Source: Octopus bimaculoides
Lineage: Eukaryota
Assembly: GCF_001194135.2 (NCBI RefSeq)
Contig: NC_068998.1
Location: 18,881,369-18,944,799 of the forward strand
Direction of reading: 5' to 3'
DNA length: 63,431 bases
Shown: positions 1 through 9,795 of the stretch, in pieces
How the letters are laid out: every line of letters begins with the position of its first letter
How positions within the stretch are numbered: the stretch's first letter is position 1
Translations under genes and position numbers: made by a program
The notes under the pieces: generated by a model
What the model was told of the DNA's origin: nothing
The model's input: the letters and a program-made list of their open reading frames with translations, nothing else
Databases searched by the model: none

Positions 1-32
<32 letters not shown>

Positions 33-35
<3 letters not shown>

Positions 36-185
36 GACAGGCTTCTTTCAGTCTCCGTCTACCAAATCCACTCACAAGGCTTTGGTCGGCCCGTGGCTGT
101 AGTAGAAGATACTTGCTGAAGTTGCCACACAGTGTGACTGAACCCGGAAACACGTGGTTGGGAAGCAAGCTTCTTACCACATAGT
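33..185 (-). mobile_element. SINE family A (tRNA-like head + 'cttgggcaagtgtcttctactatagcc' central domain), 5' half
   Basis: Reverse complement matches the intact copies at 43496 and 55888. Confidence 0.85.
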
Positions 186-325
186 TACTTTGAGGTTTAA
201 ATGAAGACTAGTTATTTTGATCGTAGGTAGCTGTCGTTAATTCAAGTTTCCCTTTCCAAATAAAGACTCTGAAAGCTTTTAACATCATTTTTATAAAATT
301 GTTTTTCTTTTTTCTTTTTTTTCAG

Positions 326-2023
326 GCATTACGGCAGGAGATGTTGAAGACTCCTTGTTACGAGGCTTACTGTTATGTCTAGGTTCGATGTGGGCTGCGG
401 TTGGTGTTTTCAATGTCACCAGAGATATCTCGAGGCCACCTGCCATTTGGTCCAATGCAGCAAATGAAGCTCTATTTCCTGGATATGGAGCTTTCTTCTT
501 CATATTCCTTATCTTTGTCTTTGGATCTATCTTGCATCAAGCAACCTTTACTGCAGTTCTTTCTTTCGGTCTTTTTTTGTCCACCATTTTTGAAATAGCC
601 TCTTTATGGCGTCCTGTACATATGAGTGCCGGAGCGTATTACGTCCTACTTTCTGCATTAGTTGTGTATATGATGTGCCAAAAGCTGGTTAATAAATTTA
701 AAGGGGGGGATTTCAAGACCATGCAGAAAAGAAAATCATCTGATCCAGACATCTCAAACGATTACACTATTGTAGGGTATTCAATGGAAGTAATAGTGTT
801 TGCAGTTTTTGCTAGTCACGTGACTGGAGCTACAACGGTTGCCAATAATGCTTTTATGTGGGTCGGTTCGGCGGGATTTTTTCAAGCTGTGTGCGGCATT
901 GTGGCTTTACGTAGGAACGACCCTTACTGTGGTTGCTACTTTACCCTGTATGGTACATTCTGGTGTGCAGTAGCATACAACCTAGCACTTAATCATTTTT
1001 CTGGCACAAATGACTTACCATTATTAGCTGTCTTTATCTTCTTCCTTTTGACATTTTTGTTGGCCAGCTTGATTTCCATAGCTCGAGAAATGTTCCATGC
1101 TCTACAGAATATCTTACTATGTATCTTCTGCATTGCCTTTTGTGTTGATGGTGTCCAAGGCCATTTCCTTGGTGGTATGGGTTGGGTTTGCTTTTTGTTT
1201 TCTCTTTATGGACTTGCTGCTCACATGAGCCGAATGAGACAAACCCCTTATAAACTTCCATTGGGTCGACGCCCATTTGATCGAGCTCAAGTACAACAGA
1301 GCCTTAAAAAACATCTTAGCTGCTGTGCAAAACGTTTATACAAACGGGACACCGAACAAGATGGTGACGGCCTGTTCTCTACTGAATTTTCCGACATGGG
1401 GTATTCCAAGTATATTGAGCTTGATACCATCGGCTTTGCCGTCAATGCAGTTTCTGCCTTATCTATTTTGTGGATTCCTGCCAATTTCAATCTCCTCTCC
1501 ATGCCATGGACAACTGTACTTGGCGGGCTGGCACAGTTTACCGTGGGTTGTATAGGGTTTGCTCGTGGACTTACATTCGAAAGCTGTTCGTTCATTATAT
1601 TTAGTTCCATGTGGCTAATTCTTGGAACTGCTCGTAGTCTTGGGACATTGGGTCTGGACAATTCCGTGGCCATGTGTGTGGGGAGCATTTCATACATGGT
1701 TATTCTTCTACTTCTTATAGGGCTTTCTCTAGTTGTAAGCAAGACTTGGTTCCTAATCACTTTCCTTTTCGAACTTATCGCATTGGCATTTTTGCTAAAT
1801 ATATTAGCGGTGCCTTCATATGAAGCATATGAAATAATCGTGGTGCTTCTATTTACTGCTGTTTGTATTTATGGTTTCTTAGCTTCTGCTTTAAAGGCTG
1901 TTTGGGGGCGAGATATACTCCCAATGGGAAACCCAATCATAGAAGTCAGTTACCTCCATTCTCAGGGTCACAAAGCCTTCTGGGCAGATGCCCAAAAACA
2001 ATCCGGAGTTAAAGCGATTGCGG
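326..2023 (+). CDS. Large internal exon (1698 bp, phase 1-1) encoding about 3 tandem SatP/Ady2-like 6-TM units
   Basis: Acceptor tttttttcag|GC at 325/326 and donor G|gtaagg at 2023/2024. Segments AGFFQAVCGIVALRRNDPYCGCYFTLYGTFW and GGLAQFTVGCIGFARGLTFESCSFIIFSSMW resemble SatP [31 protein letters not shown]. Unit ends YKLPLG and WGRDILPMG resemble SatP FGRTVLPIG (comparison from memory of the family). Confidence 0.88.
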
Positions 2024-5000
2024 GTAAGGAACTTATTTAATAAAATTTGTCGATCTTTCCATTCCCACCTTCACAGTTATTCTGATAAGCATAACTAGTA
2101 ATTGTATAGGTCTGTAGTAATAGTTTCTGTTAGGATTGGGATGAGATGTCGAAAGTAACGAAGGTTCGAATCACGTCGGAGTCACCAAATGTAACAGGCT
2201 ATGTTACTATTAAATTGTCGAAGTCGATGAGACAGCGTAATAATAAACATCGAAGAGAAGAATACTGTTTATAGCTTTTATTGGTGCGTTGGGTCAGAAA
2301 TACAAGGCAAGGCTTTTAGTAGTAGCCAGGGAGTTTATTGGCCTAAAGAGGATGACAACAGCTCGCGTGTCCTTAGATGAATGAGTGTGTGTGTGTTAGG
2401 GCAAACTGTTTGCTTGAAAGCGAAGCCGTGCAGCGTGCTAGAGAAGGTCATAGGATGTGAATTTTGTCGTCGAACAAAGAGTATAAGCAGTGTGTTGCCC
2501 CTCTTTTTTCCATTTGGCCGAGATGCTCTTGATATCAAAGAGGCTCAACAAACCTCTCGTTGGGTATATGTATATAGTTTGGCAACTAAAGTAGGTCAAT
2601 CCTAAAACAAAGGATTAACCTTTCCACGACCACAGAAGGTCTCCGAGGTCAAATCATCCGAGAACAGAGAGTCGGAAACGAAAGACCGGAAATCCATCTG
2701 ACAATGAACAAAAATGTGGTTTCGGTTTCGAATCTTCACAACCTTTGCAGCTGGTCCCTAAAGGTCTGCTCGATCAGAGCTGACATACGCCTACACCTCC
2801 ATTACTCAGTGGCTCAGGCCACGGAGCCGCATAGAACATGGGTAGGCAATACAGTTCATCTTTGAAATAGGGAAGGAATGTTTCATAACCGTTTCATTTT
2901 TCTGTATTTGTACCTTTTACCAGTTCAGCATCCCTATTTCCCAATTCTCCATCCCTACATACGATAAAAAAAAAATCGTCCGGTGTAAATGCAATTTATT
3001 GCACAATATTAACAGCTTTATATTGATTTAGTATTATTATCCTTAAAATTAATATAAGTAAAATATGCTTAATAAAAAAAAATATTGCAAACAATGGTAA
3101 ATGAATTTTCAGCCTAATAACAATTTTCCCCGCAAAAATCTCTGAATTTTCCCTCCGCAACCTGAAATTTCTTCACGGGGATGAGCAAGGTTAAGATTAT
3201 AGTTCTGTCTGCGTGGTCACTCAAGCTGTTAAAAATAGCAGCCAAATCTTCTCCAAATCACATCCTAGTATTTACATTGCCTATATTGTTCTAGATACAC
3301 TATCTGAAAAAGAAAGTAAAACAAACAAAAACAAAAACAAAAAAAACAGTAAAAAAAAAAAATAAACAAAAGATCTGACCTGATCGGGAGCTAAACATCA
3401 AAACTAGCATAATTAAACTGGTGGTTAATAACAATTGGATAAAAAATAAACAAAACAGAATTGTTCTGTGTTGTATCAAATAAATTTAAAACGACATTTC
3501 ACCACATTTTTTTTCAGAAATCATGAACCGAGGAGGGATAGTTGGTATTCCAACAGATACTGTTTATGTATTGGCGGCTGCAGTAAAATTCCCTGAATCA
3601 GTGGAAGTAAGTTGATTGTTACATTATATAGATTGTTTGACCATATGCATATAGCAGTAATTATGTAATGTTCGTCCGTCGTTTCGACGGCGATCAAGGG
3701 CATCACATGGGAGAAGATGGATTACGGGGCGTCCGGCCGCAGCCGATCAGGCCGATGTGCGCTCGGAAAGTTCTGCCGCAGGTCGGGCAATGGCGGTCTG
3801 CTGGGAATGAAGGCAAGGAGTTGGCTCTGGACTTGCGCAACTCAAGTTTTTCTGGGTCTCCTGCGAACCAGTTCAGTTCGTAGAAGGTGGCACTTCTGTT
3901 GGTGCAGCTACATCAGGCAGACCGGTCCTGTGCTTGCATTTCCCAGGGATTGATCTGAAAGCACTTCAGTGAGGCTTTGAGTGTATCTTTGAAGCGCTTT
4001 TCCTGCTCACTTTGTGTGCGCTTGCTTTTTGTCAATTCACTGCAAAACAGTTTTTTGGGTAGTTGTGTGTCAGGCATTCGAACAATGTGGCCTGCCCACC
4101 TGCGCTCTCCTCAACAATTATTATTAAATCAGAAACAATTATACACGCATAGCTATTCGAAATACTTGCACCTGTACGTAATAGGGAGATCCTATGCAAA
4201 AAGGAGCCTTTAATAGGAAATCGTATGGGAATTTGGTTCAAACAAGGTCTTGTTAAGATGAAATTTCTTATAAACTTTTTGTAGCATCTAATGGATTTAG
4301 CATTGCCAAGTCCTTCAAAGACAGTTCTATGGTTTTTCAGAATTTCTTATTCAATGAAAAAGAAAGAAAAAGATTAATAAATATGTATAATCTTTTTTAT
4401 GTCAAGAGTTTCTTGAGATATAGAATTTATTTCAAGTGTTCTCAAGAGCAAAATGATTGAAAAACAATGCTTCAACATATACGATATTGAAATACCATAA
4501 AAGTTCATGAATGTGTTGCGAAGTATAATACGCGTTTCGTTTTGGGATTTTTTAAAAATCCTTATTATTATTATTATTATTATTACCTAAACTGTCTCAA
4601 AAATGTGTATCGTGTATAAATGGTAGCATTATACAATTACTACAAAAGTAGATAATCTACTATGATTCAATATATTAGTTTTTTTTTTTTTAACATTTCG
4701 TCTTATGACGGCAGCATCCTTACCGCACCGGACAAAATGCTTAGCGGCAATTCGTCCGTTGTTAATTGATATACATGTATCGTCTATGTTGTTAATAAAA
4801 AGAGATCTTGCTTTGAAGAATTTTTGACTTCTTTTGCTAGCTATTGAATAATTATATTTTATTTGTCTACCTTTATTGGGTCTAGAGAGCATACTCAACT
4901 AAGAAACTCGCTGAAGACAGACCAATGTCTATGTGGATATCCAATGTAAACCAACTGGCCGCTGGACGAGAACAATTCGGTGAGATGTTGTGGGCCTTCA

Positions 5001-6008
5001 TGAATGCCGTATGGCCGTCTACGATATCCTGTGTAGTAAACAAAGGTTAGTTTAATATTTACACATATTTTTCATGCTTATTACTGGCAATAGCGTCATT
5101 GACTAGGGGTTTCCAATTATATGTTTATGTTGCTGTTTAACCTCATGTCAACTAGACTTGTGTAGATTACAATAAAAAAATTCCATCGTTGACTATCTTG
5201 CCTATTTATATATCAAGGACTACATTGTCCAATGGGTCTTTTCTGTTTTAAGACATTAAAATAGAATTTGAGTTACTCCGAGTGTTGTTTCTTGTGGATT
5301 AAGCGACTTAATAGGAGTTTACTTGTTGTTTGATATTATTTCGTGACAAAATTGTAAACTTTCTATTAGAATAATAAAAAAGAAAGACAAAACAAATTAT
5401 CAATATTATTCTTTTATTTCTTCTCCAGGACCATGGTTAGACAGCTTGGGTGTTGGATATGCCGGCAAATACATTGGTAGACCTGACAGCATCGCAGTAC
5501 GCATGCCCGATAATATGGTGACGTCATTCTTAATCGATCACACTGGTCCCGTATCAACGTCATCTGCTAACCCTACTGGTGAAGCAGACACTACGCACCA
5601 TCTGCAGGTTATTGCCAAGTTGGGCCTGAAAAATGTAAGTTGGATGCATCAACTCCCTTAATGGGTTTATTTTCTTAACATTGATCGATCACTCAAGAAA
5701 TGTTATTGAAAATCTAGTTGAAAATCTGATTGATATGTCGTTTTATCTTTTGAAGTTCCCCACTCCCTCAGTTTGAAATAGGCAGCTTGTGTGCCTCTAT
5801 GGATCATTCTGATCATATCCAGTCTTCAGAGAAATATTAATGTTATTCAGAGATTAGTTGCTGAAGTAGCAAATCCTTTGTGTTGCATTTCGCACCATCT
5901 ACTTCTTCAAACTCTACCAACTTACCTACCTACCCACCCACTCAAAGCAAGCACCCNNNNNNNNNNNNNNNNNNNNNNNNNNNNNNNNNNNNNNNNNNNA
6001 ATCCATCC

Positions 6009-6086
<78 letters not shown>

Positions 6087-7389
6087 TCATGTCTCAGTTC
6101 CTCTAGCTTTCTTTATTGTGCACTAATATGCTTGGAAGCTATTTTTATGAATATTTTAATGTTGGTTGAATATTTCCAATGATTTTTTTTTTATTCAGTG
6201 CGATGGAATTTTATGTGATGGGCCATCCTTTGCAAACTCTGCTTCAACTGTGGTCGACTGCCGAAAATTTGACGAAGGTAAGATCGGATTTTTCCGTATT
6301 GGACTCGAGCCGAAGTCTAAGGTTGAGGAAATATTTGAGCGAATCCAAGCCCAGTTTAGGAATAAGACAGCATCTCACCGGGCTTCAATGCAAAGTACAA
6401 GTGAAACTTTGGACAGTGGTGTATATGTTCGTAGATCAAATCCTGGTTCGGTTAGCTTAGAAATGGAAGGACATATTAACGATGCTTTTGATGACAGTGA
6501 TGATGGTGATCACAGTTCAAAGGATCGGAATGTAGAGAATATTGGAAACGATGCACAAAATCATTTTGAAGATAATTTTAGTAAATCAACAAATATTTTA
6601 GAAAAATGGTCTGAACCAAAACCTGAATCAGAAAACACCAAAACTAACAACAAACCCCAAATAAAAGGTTTAGTTGATAACCTGGATCGTATTTTATCAG
6701 ATGCAGAAAATCAGAATCCAAAGCTCGATGACGTAAACCTTCGGGGTTCCCAGATGGCAATAAACATTCCTGAAACTGAGCCTTATGGGAACAATATAGA
6801 CGAAGGAGAAGGCTCTACAGAGCCAATCTCGGACGATGACGAACCATTAACGTCACTGAAATCACGTAAACGCCGCCAGCTTCAAAGTCAAATTAACACA
6901 CACATTCTGAACAGAGGACAGCATTTAGGATTAATTGAGAAGACGTTGAACCAAACAAAGAACAAAGAAACAGATGGTTCGGCTGAATTCAAAAACCCGC
7001 TCGACACCTTTCGAACGACTTTAGAAGTAAATGTAAACCAATATCAAAAATTTACCGTTGATAATACACCAAGTCAGACACAGGCTGGAGACGAACAGAA
7101 GGCAGTGACAAGCCAGCTGCCTGTTGCAGAAGAATCGACAAATAGTAACAAGAAGAAAATTGTACCCATTTTTAATTTTTCCTCTAAGAGTAATAATAAC
7201 CCGTCTGACTTGGAGCGCGGAAAAGAAAACACTAACCGGAAAGATGATTTGATCAATGTCGCTGGAAAGACTGATGATACTTACTCACTTACTTTTGTTA
7301 ACAGTAGTGACAAGGGGGAATCAGACAGATTAAATTCATCGTCTCTTCCTGAACGTCCAGTGTTCTTTAAGCAAAGGACTGAGCTGTAG
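326..7389 (+). CDS. Spliced gene (5'-partial): multi-repeat GPR1/FUN34/YaaH (SatP/Ady2-like) membrane transporter fused to a YrdC/Sua5-like domain and an acidic C-terminal tail; exons 326-2023, 3518-3606, 4886-5045, 5429-5634, 6199-7389
   Basis: All five exons have polypyrimidine+AG acceptors, the four internal junctions have GT donors, and phases join in one frame (1,0,1,0). The joined translation gives a continuous YrdC domain: GVKAIA-EIMNRGGIVGIPTDTVYVLAAAVKFPESVE-RAYSTKKLAEDRPMSMWIS...WPSTISCVVNK-GPWLDSLG...SIAVRMPDN...GPVSTSSANPTGE...-CDGILCDGP...STVVD. Confidence 0.9.
3518..3606 (+). CDS. Exon: N-terminal part of the YrdC/Sua5 domain (EIMNRGGIVGIPTDTVYVLAAAVKFPESVE)
   Basis: ttttttttcag| acceptor, GAA|gtaagt donor, and the PTDTVY hallmark motif of YrdC/Sua5. 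Too short for the ORF track. Confidence 0.92.
3665..4117 (-). mobile_element. RTE-clade LINE 3' fragment in an intron of the transporter gene
   Basis: Minus strand reads RWAGHIVRMPDTQLPKKLF...KRFKDTLKASLK...QDRSA*...CPTCGRTFRAHIGL, the typical RTE ORF C-terminus, with one internal stop. Confidence 0.85.
4886..5045 (+). CDS. Exon: YrdC domain middle (RAYSTKKLAEDRPMSMWISNVNQLAAGREQFGEMLWAFMNAVWPSTISCVVNK)
   Basis: tctag| acceptor and AAAG|gttagt donor. Length 160 bp = 53 codons + 1, which exactly bridges the phase-0 and phase-1 neighbours. The WPS-ISCV segment matches the YrdC FWPGPLTLVL region. Confidence 0.88.
5429..5634 (+). CDS. Exon: YrdC domain (GPWLDSLG...SIAVRMPD...GPVSTSSANPTGEADTT...LGLKN)
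   Basis: ttctccag| acceptor and AAT|gtaagt donor. It carries the GxRxP and SAN-x-[ST]G motifs of YrdC/Sua5. Confidence 0.92.
6001..6087. repeat. (ATCT)n microsatellite
   Basis: Direct reading. Confidence 0.95.
6199..7389 (+). CDS. Terminal exon: end of the YrdC domain (CDGILCDG...STVVD...FFRIG) plus about 345 aa acidic low-complexity tail ending RTEL-stop
   Basis: ttttttattcag| acceptor at 6198/6199, in frame with ORF 6166-7389. DG...STVVD motif present, TAG at 7387-7389. Confidence 0.88.
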   Translation, partial: CDGILCDGPSFANSASTVVDCRKFDEGKIGFFRIGLEPKSKVEEIFERIQAQFRNKTASHRASMQSTSETLDSGVYVRRSNPGSVSLEMEGHINDAFDDSDDGDHSSKDRNVENIGNDAQNHFEDNFSKSTNILEKWSEPKPESENTKTNNKPQIKGLVDNLDRILSDAENQNPKLDDVNLRGSQMAINIPETEPYGNNIDEGEGSTEPISDDDEPLTSLKSRKRRQLQSQINTHILNRGQHLGLIEKTLNQTKNKETDGSAEFKNPLDTFRTTLEVNVNQYQKFTVDNTPSQTQAGDEQKAVTSQLPVAEESTNSNKKKIVPIFNFSSKSNNNPSDLERGKENTNRKDDLINVAGKTDDTYSLTFVNSSDKGESDRLNSSSLPERPVFFKQRTEL

Positions 7390-7760
7390 TTTCTTATAAT
7401 TTCCTTCGAAAATAATTTGTATTAACTTAATGCCAATGACAGGATTATATTTATATATTTGCTTGATAGAAAAATGATAAGATAGAAATGAAAGAACAAT
7501 TTACGAACTTAGTTTTCTAAGTGCTTAAGTCATATGAATATCTAAGTGATTTAGGCACTTTTAGCTGTATTGTACGGTCTTCAATTTATGGTCGATGTGT
7601 TGCTAAGATACGAAATGTCAAAAGTTTCATAATTGGAAAAAACGGTAAATATTGTAGTCGGTTAATTTTACTGAATTTATAGCACTGTTAACAAATATTT
7701 ATTGAAAATTCTGTCTTGTATTTAATTTCTTTCTTCAAATTTTTGAAATATAATTATTTG

Positions 7761-7766
7761 AATAAA
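7761..7766 (+). promoter_or_regulatory. Candidate polyadenylation signal AATAAA
   Basis: AATAAA about 370 nt after the stop codon. The region is AT-rich, so a chance occurrence is possible. Confidence 0.35.
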
Positions 7767-8059
7767 AACTATATAAAACAAATATGTTATACACTTTCTG
7801 TACACTTTAAAAAGTTTATGTATTTTATAACTGTTACTTCAAAACTGTATTAAAGGTCGAAAACAGCCAGTCTTATACTGATAAGTTTCATTTCAGGGAT
7901 ATTTATGTCATTTCTTTTTTGTTTTTGTCTCAGAGCGGAGAGAACAGCGCTCATGGCCCTTTTCAGGGTCTCCGACATTCATGTTATATGAACGTGTCGC
8001 TAAATGTTACAGTAAAATAGTCCTGAATATCTCGTTGCAACATTTGCTTTTGCGTCTGA

Positions 8060-8330
8060 ACAAGATATTAAACAGATCTGATATAATGATTTGGGATAGA
8101 AAAGAGAAACTGTATACAGTTGTGGAAATTAGCTGCCCAGCGGATGTTAACATAAACTGAAGATCAGTGAAAAAGAGAATACCTACGCTGAACTATTGAG
8201 AAATCTGCAGTTACTCTATCCAGATTACAAGTATCTGTAGTCATTGGAGCAGTGGGGTATATAACACACTGCCTAAATACCAATCTTGAGAAATTAGGCT
8301 TCTATAGTTTGACTTTCAAAAGTCGACACC
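8060..8330 (+). mobile_element. Non-LTR retrotransposon fragment, restriction-like endonuclease domain (R4/Dong-like)
   Basis: Broken frames read NRSDIMIWDRKEKLYTVVEISCPADVNI / KISEKENTYAELLRNLQLLYPDYK / VIGAVGYI, a PD-(D/E)xK-type REL motif pattern. Confidence 0.7.
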
Positions 8331-8689
8331 TTTATGATATTTTACATTGGAAAACCAACAAACGAACAAAAGTTAAGTTCTCTCCCCTTAAGTAGAATTT
8401 TCACCCGTTGTCCAATGATAATAGTTAATCGTTCATAAACGTCGAGATGCGGTGCAAAGCTGAAGAAAATGGCACCCTCGAACTGCCACGTGTCGAAGTA
8501 ACACCACTGGCTCATGTACTGAAGCAAAGAATTTCAGACGCTTATTTCGTTTCATAAATAATTTTATTTTATGTCGGGATGTTTACACACAAAATGCCGG
8601 TATTGTTAAAATGCAGAAAATATCTTTGAACAGGGTAGCTTTAGTGTACTGAATGTGCACACACGCAAAATACCGGGCAACAGTTATGG

Positions 8690-8940
8690 ATCAAACATGG
8701 CGTATCATGAAAGATAATAGTCGTAAGCGAAAAGGTAACTGCATTATTGTTATAGTGGAAAAAAAGGTTCACTAATTCATTCAGATGAGTGGCCCGCTTA
8801 TAATAATTTAAATGCTATAGGTTATCACCGTCTAACAGTGAACCATCAACCATATTATGTGGATCCAATCACCGGATCATACACTCAAGCCATTGAGTGA
8901 TCATGGTTGGATGCTAAAACTATGATTCTGAAAAAAATGA
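8690..8940 (+). mobile_element. Merlin (IS1016/IS1595-like) DDE transposase fragment
   Basis: From 8766: GSLIHSDEWPAYNNLNAIGYHRLTVNHQPYYVDPITGSYTQAIE*SWLDAK, matching the ISXO2-like SD-W-AY / TVNH / TQ-IE-W motif series. One internal stop. Confidence 0.82.
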
Positions 8941-9092
8941 TCTCTGAAATATCTGAAGGTTTTTAATCTCTGAAATTTCTGATGTGTTTTATCTCTGGAA
9001 TATCTGAAAGATAAGGTAGATAACCCTGTTTGACACCGTTGTAGACCGCATACGATACGAGCACCGAACACTTAAGATATATTTTTCAAAAG

Positions 9093-9305
9093 GCTGCGAG
9101 CTTGGCAGAAACGTTAGCACGCCGGGCGAAATGCTTAGCGGTATTTCGTCTGTCTTTATGTTCCAAGTTCAAATTCCGCCGAAGCCGACTTTGCCTTTTA
9201 TCCTTTCGGGGTCGATAAATTAAGTACCACTTGCGTACTGAGGTCGATCTCATCGACTGGTCCCCTCCCCCAAAATTTCGGGCCTTGTGCCTAGAGTAGA
9301 AAGGA
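9093..9305 (+). mobile_element. SINE family C (ggcggcgagctggcagaaacgttagc...gttcaaattcc...catcctttcggggtcgataa)
   Basis: Shared head and core with the copies at 26550, 43135 and 49184. Confidence 0.88.
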
Positions 9306-9364
9306 GATAAATTTTTTTCAAAGCATTAAGTATTTCTCTTTATATATATATATATCTATTTATT

Positions 9365-9560
9365 TATTCTTTTCTACTCTAAGCACTAGGCTCGAAATTT
9401 TGTGGAAGAGAGCCATCGATTAGATCGACCCAGTACGCAACTGGTACCTAATTTATCGACCTCGAAAGGATGAAAGGTAAAGTCGACCTCGGCGGAATTT
9501 GAACTCAGAACGTAAAGACAGACGAAATACCGCTAAGCATTTCGCCCGGCGTGCTAACGT
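9365..9560 (-). mobile_element. SINE family C
   Basis: Reverse complement, tail-to-tail with the 9093 copy. Confidence 0.88.
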
Positions 9561-9561
9561 T

Positions 9562-9795
9562 TATTATTTCTTTATTGGCCACAAGGGGCTAAACATAGAG
9601 GGGGCAAACAAGGACAGACAAACGGATTAAGTCGATTACATCGACCCCAGAGCGTATCTGGTACTTAATTTATCGACCTGAAGGGATGAAAGGCAAAGTC
9701 GACCTCGGCGGAATTTGAACTCAGAACGTAACGGCAGACGAAATACCGATAAGCATTTCGCCCGGCGTGCTAACCACTCTGCCAGCTCGTAGCCT
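9562..9795 (-). mobile_element. SINE family C (alternative tail)
   Basis: Reverse complement with the ...cccctctatgtttagccccttgtgg tail. Confidence 0.88.

Noticed and set aside
355-2040. ORF 355-2040 as a complete single-exon 561-aa gene
   Set aside because: It starts at a TTG just after a splice acceptor (325/326), and its last residues (GKELI-stop) are read-through of the gtaagg donor at 2024. It is an internal exon.
2128-2840. Possible solo LTR in the first visible intron (TGT start, poly(A)-like signals on the minus strand)
   Set aside because: I could not identify a matching ...ACA end with a TSD or a second copy, so it is unsupported.
6166-6198. N-terminus MNISNDFFFIQ of the 407-aa ORF
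   Set aside because: This is the intronic polypyrimidine tract and acceptor. The exon begins at 6199.
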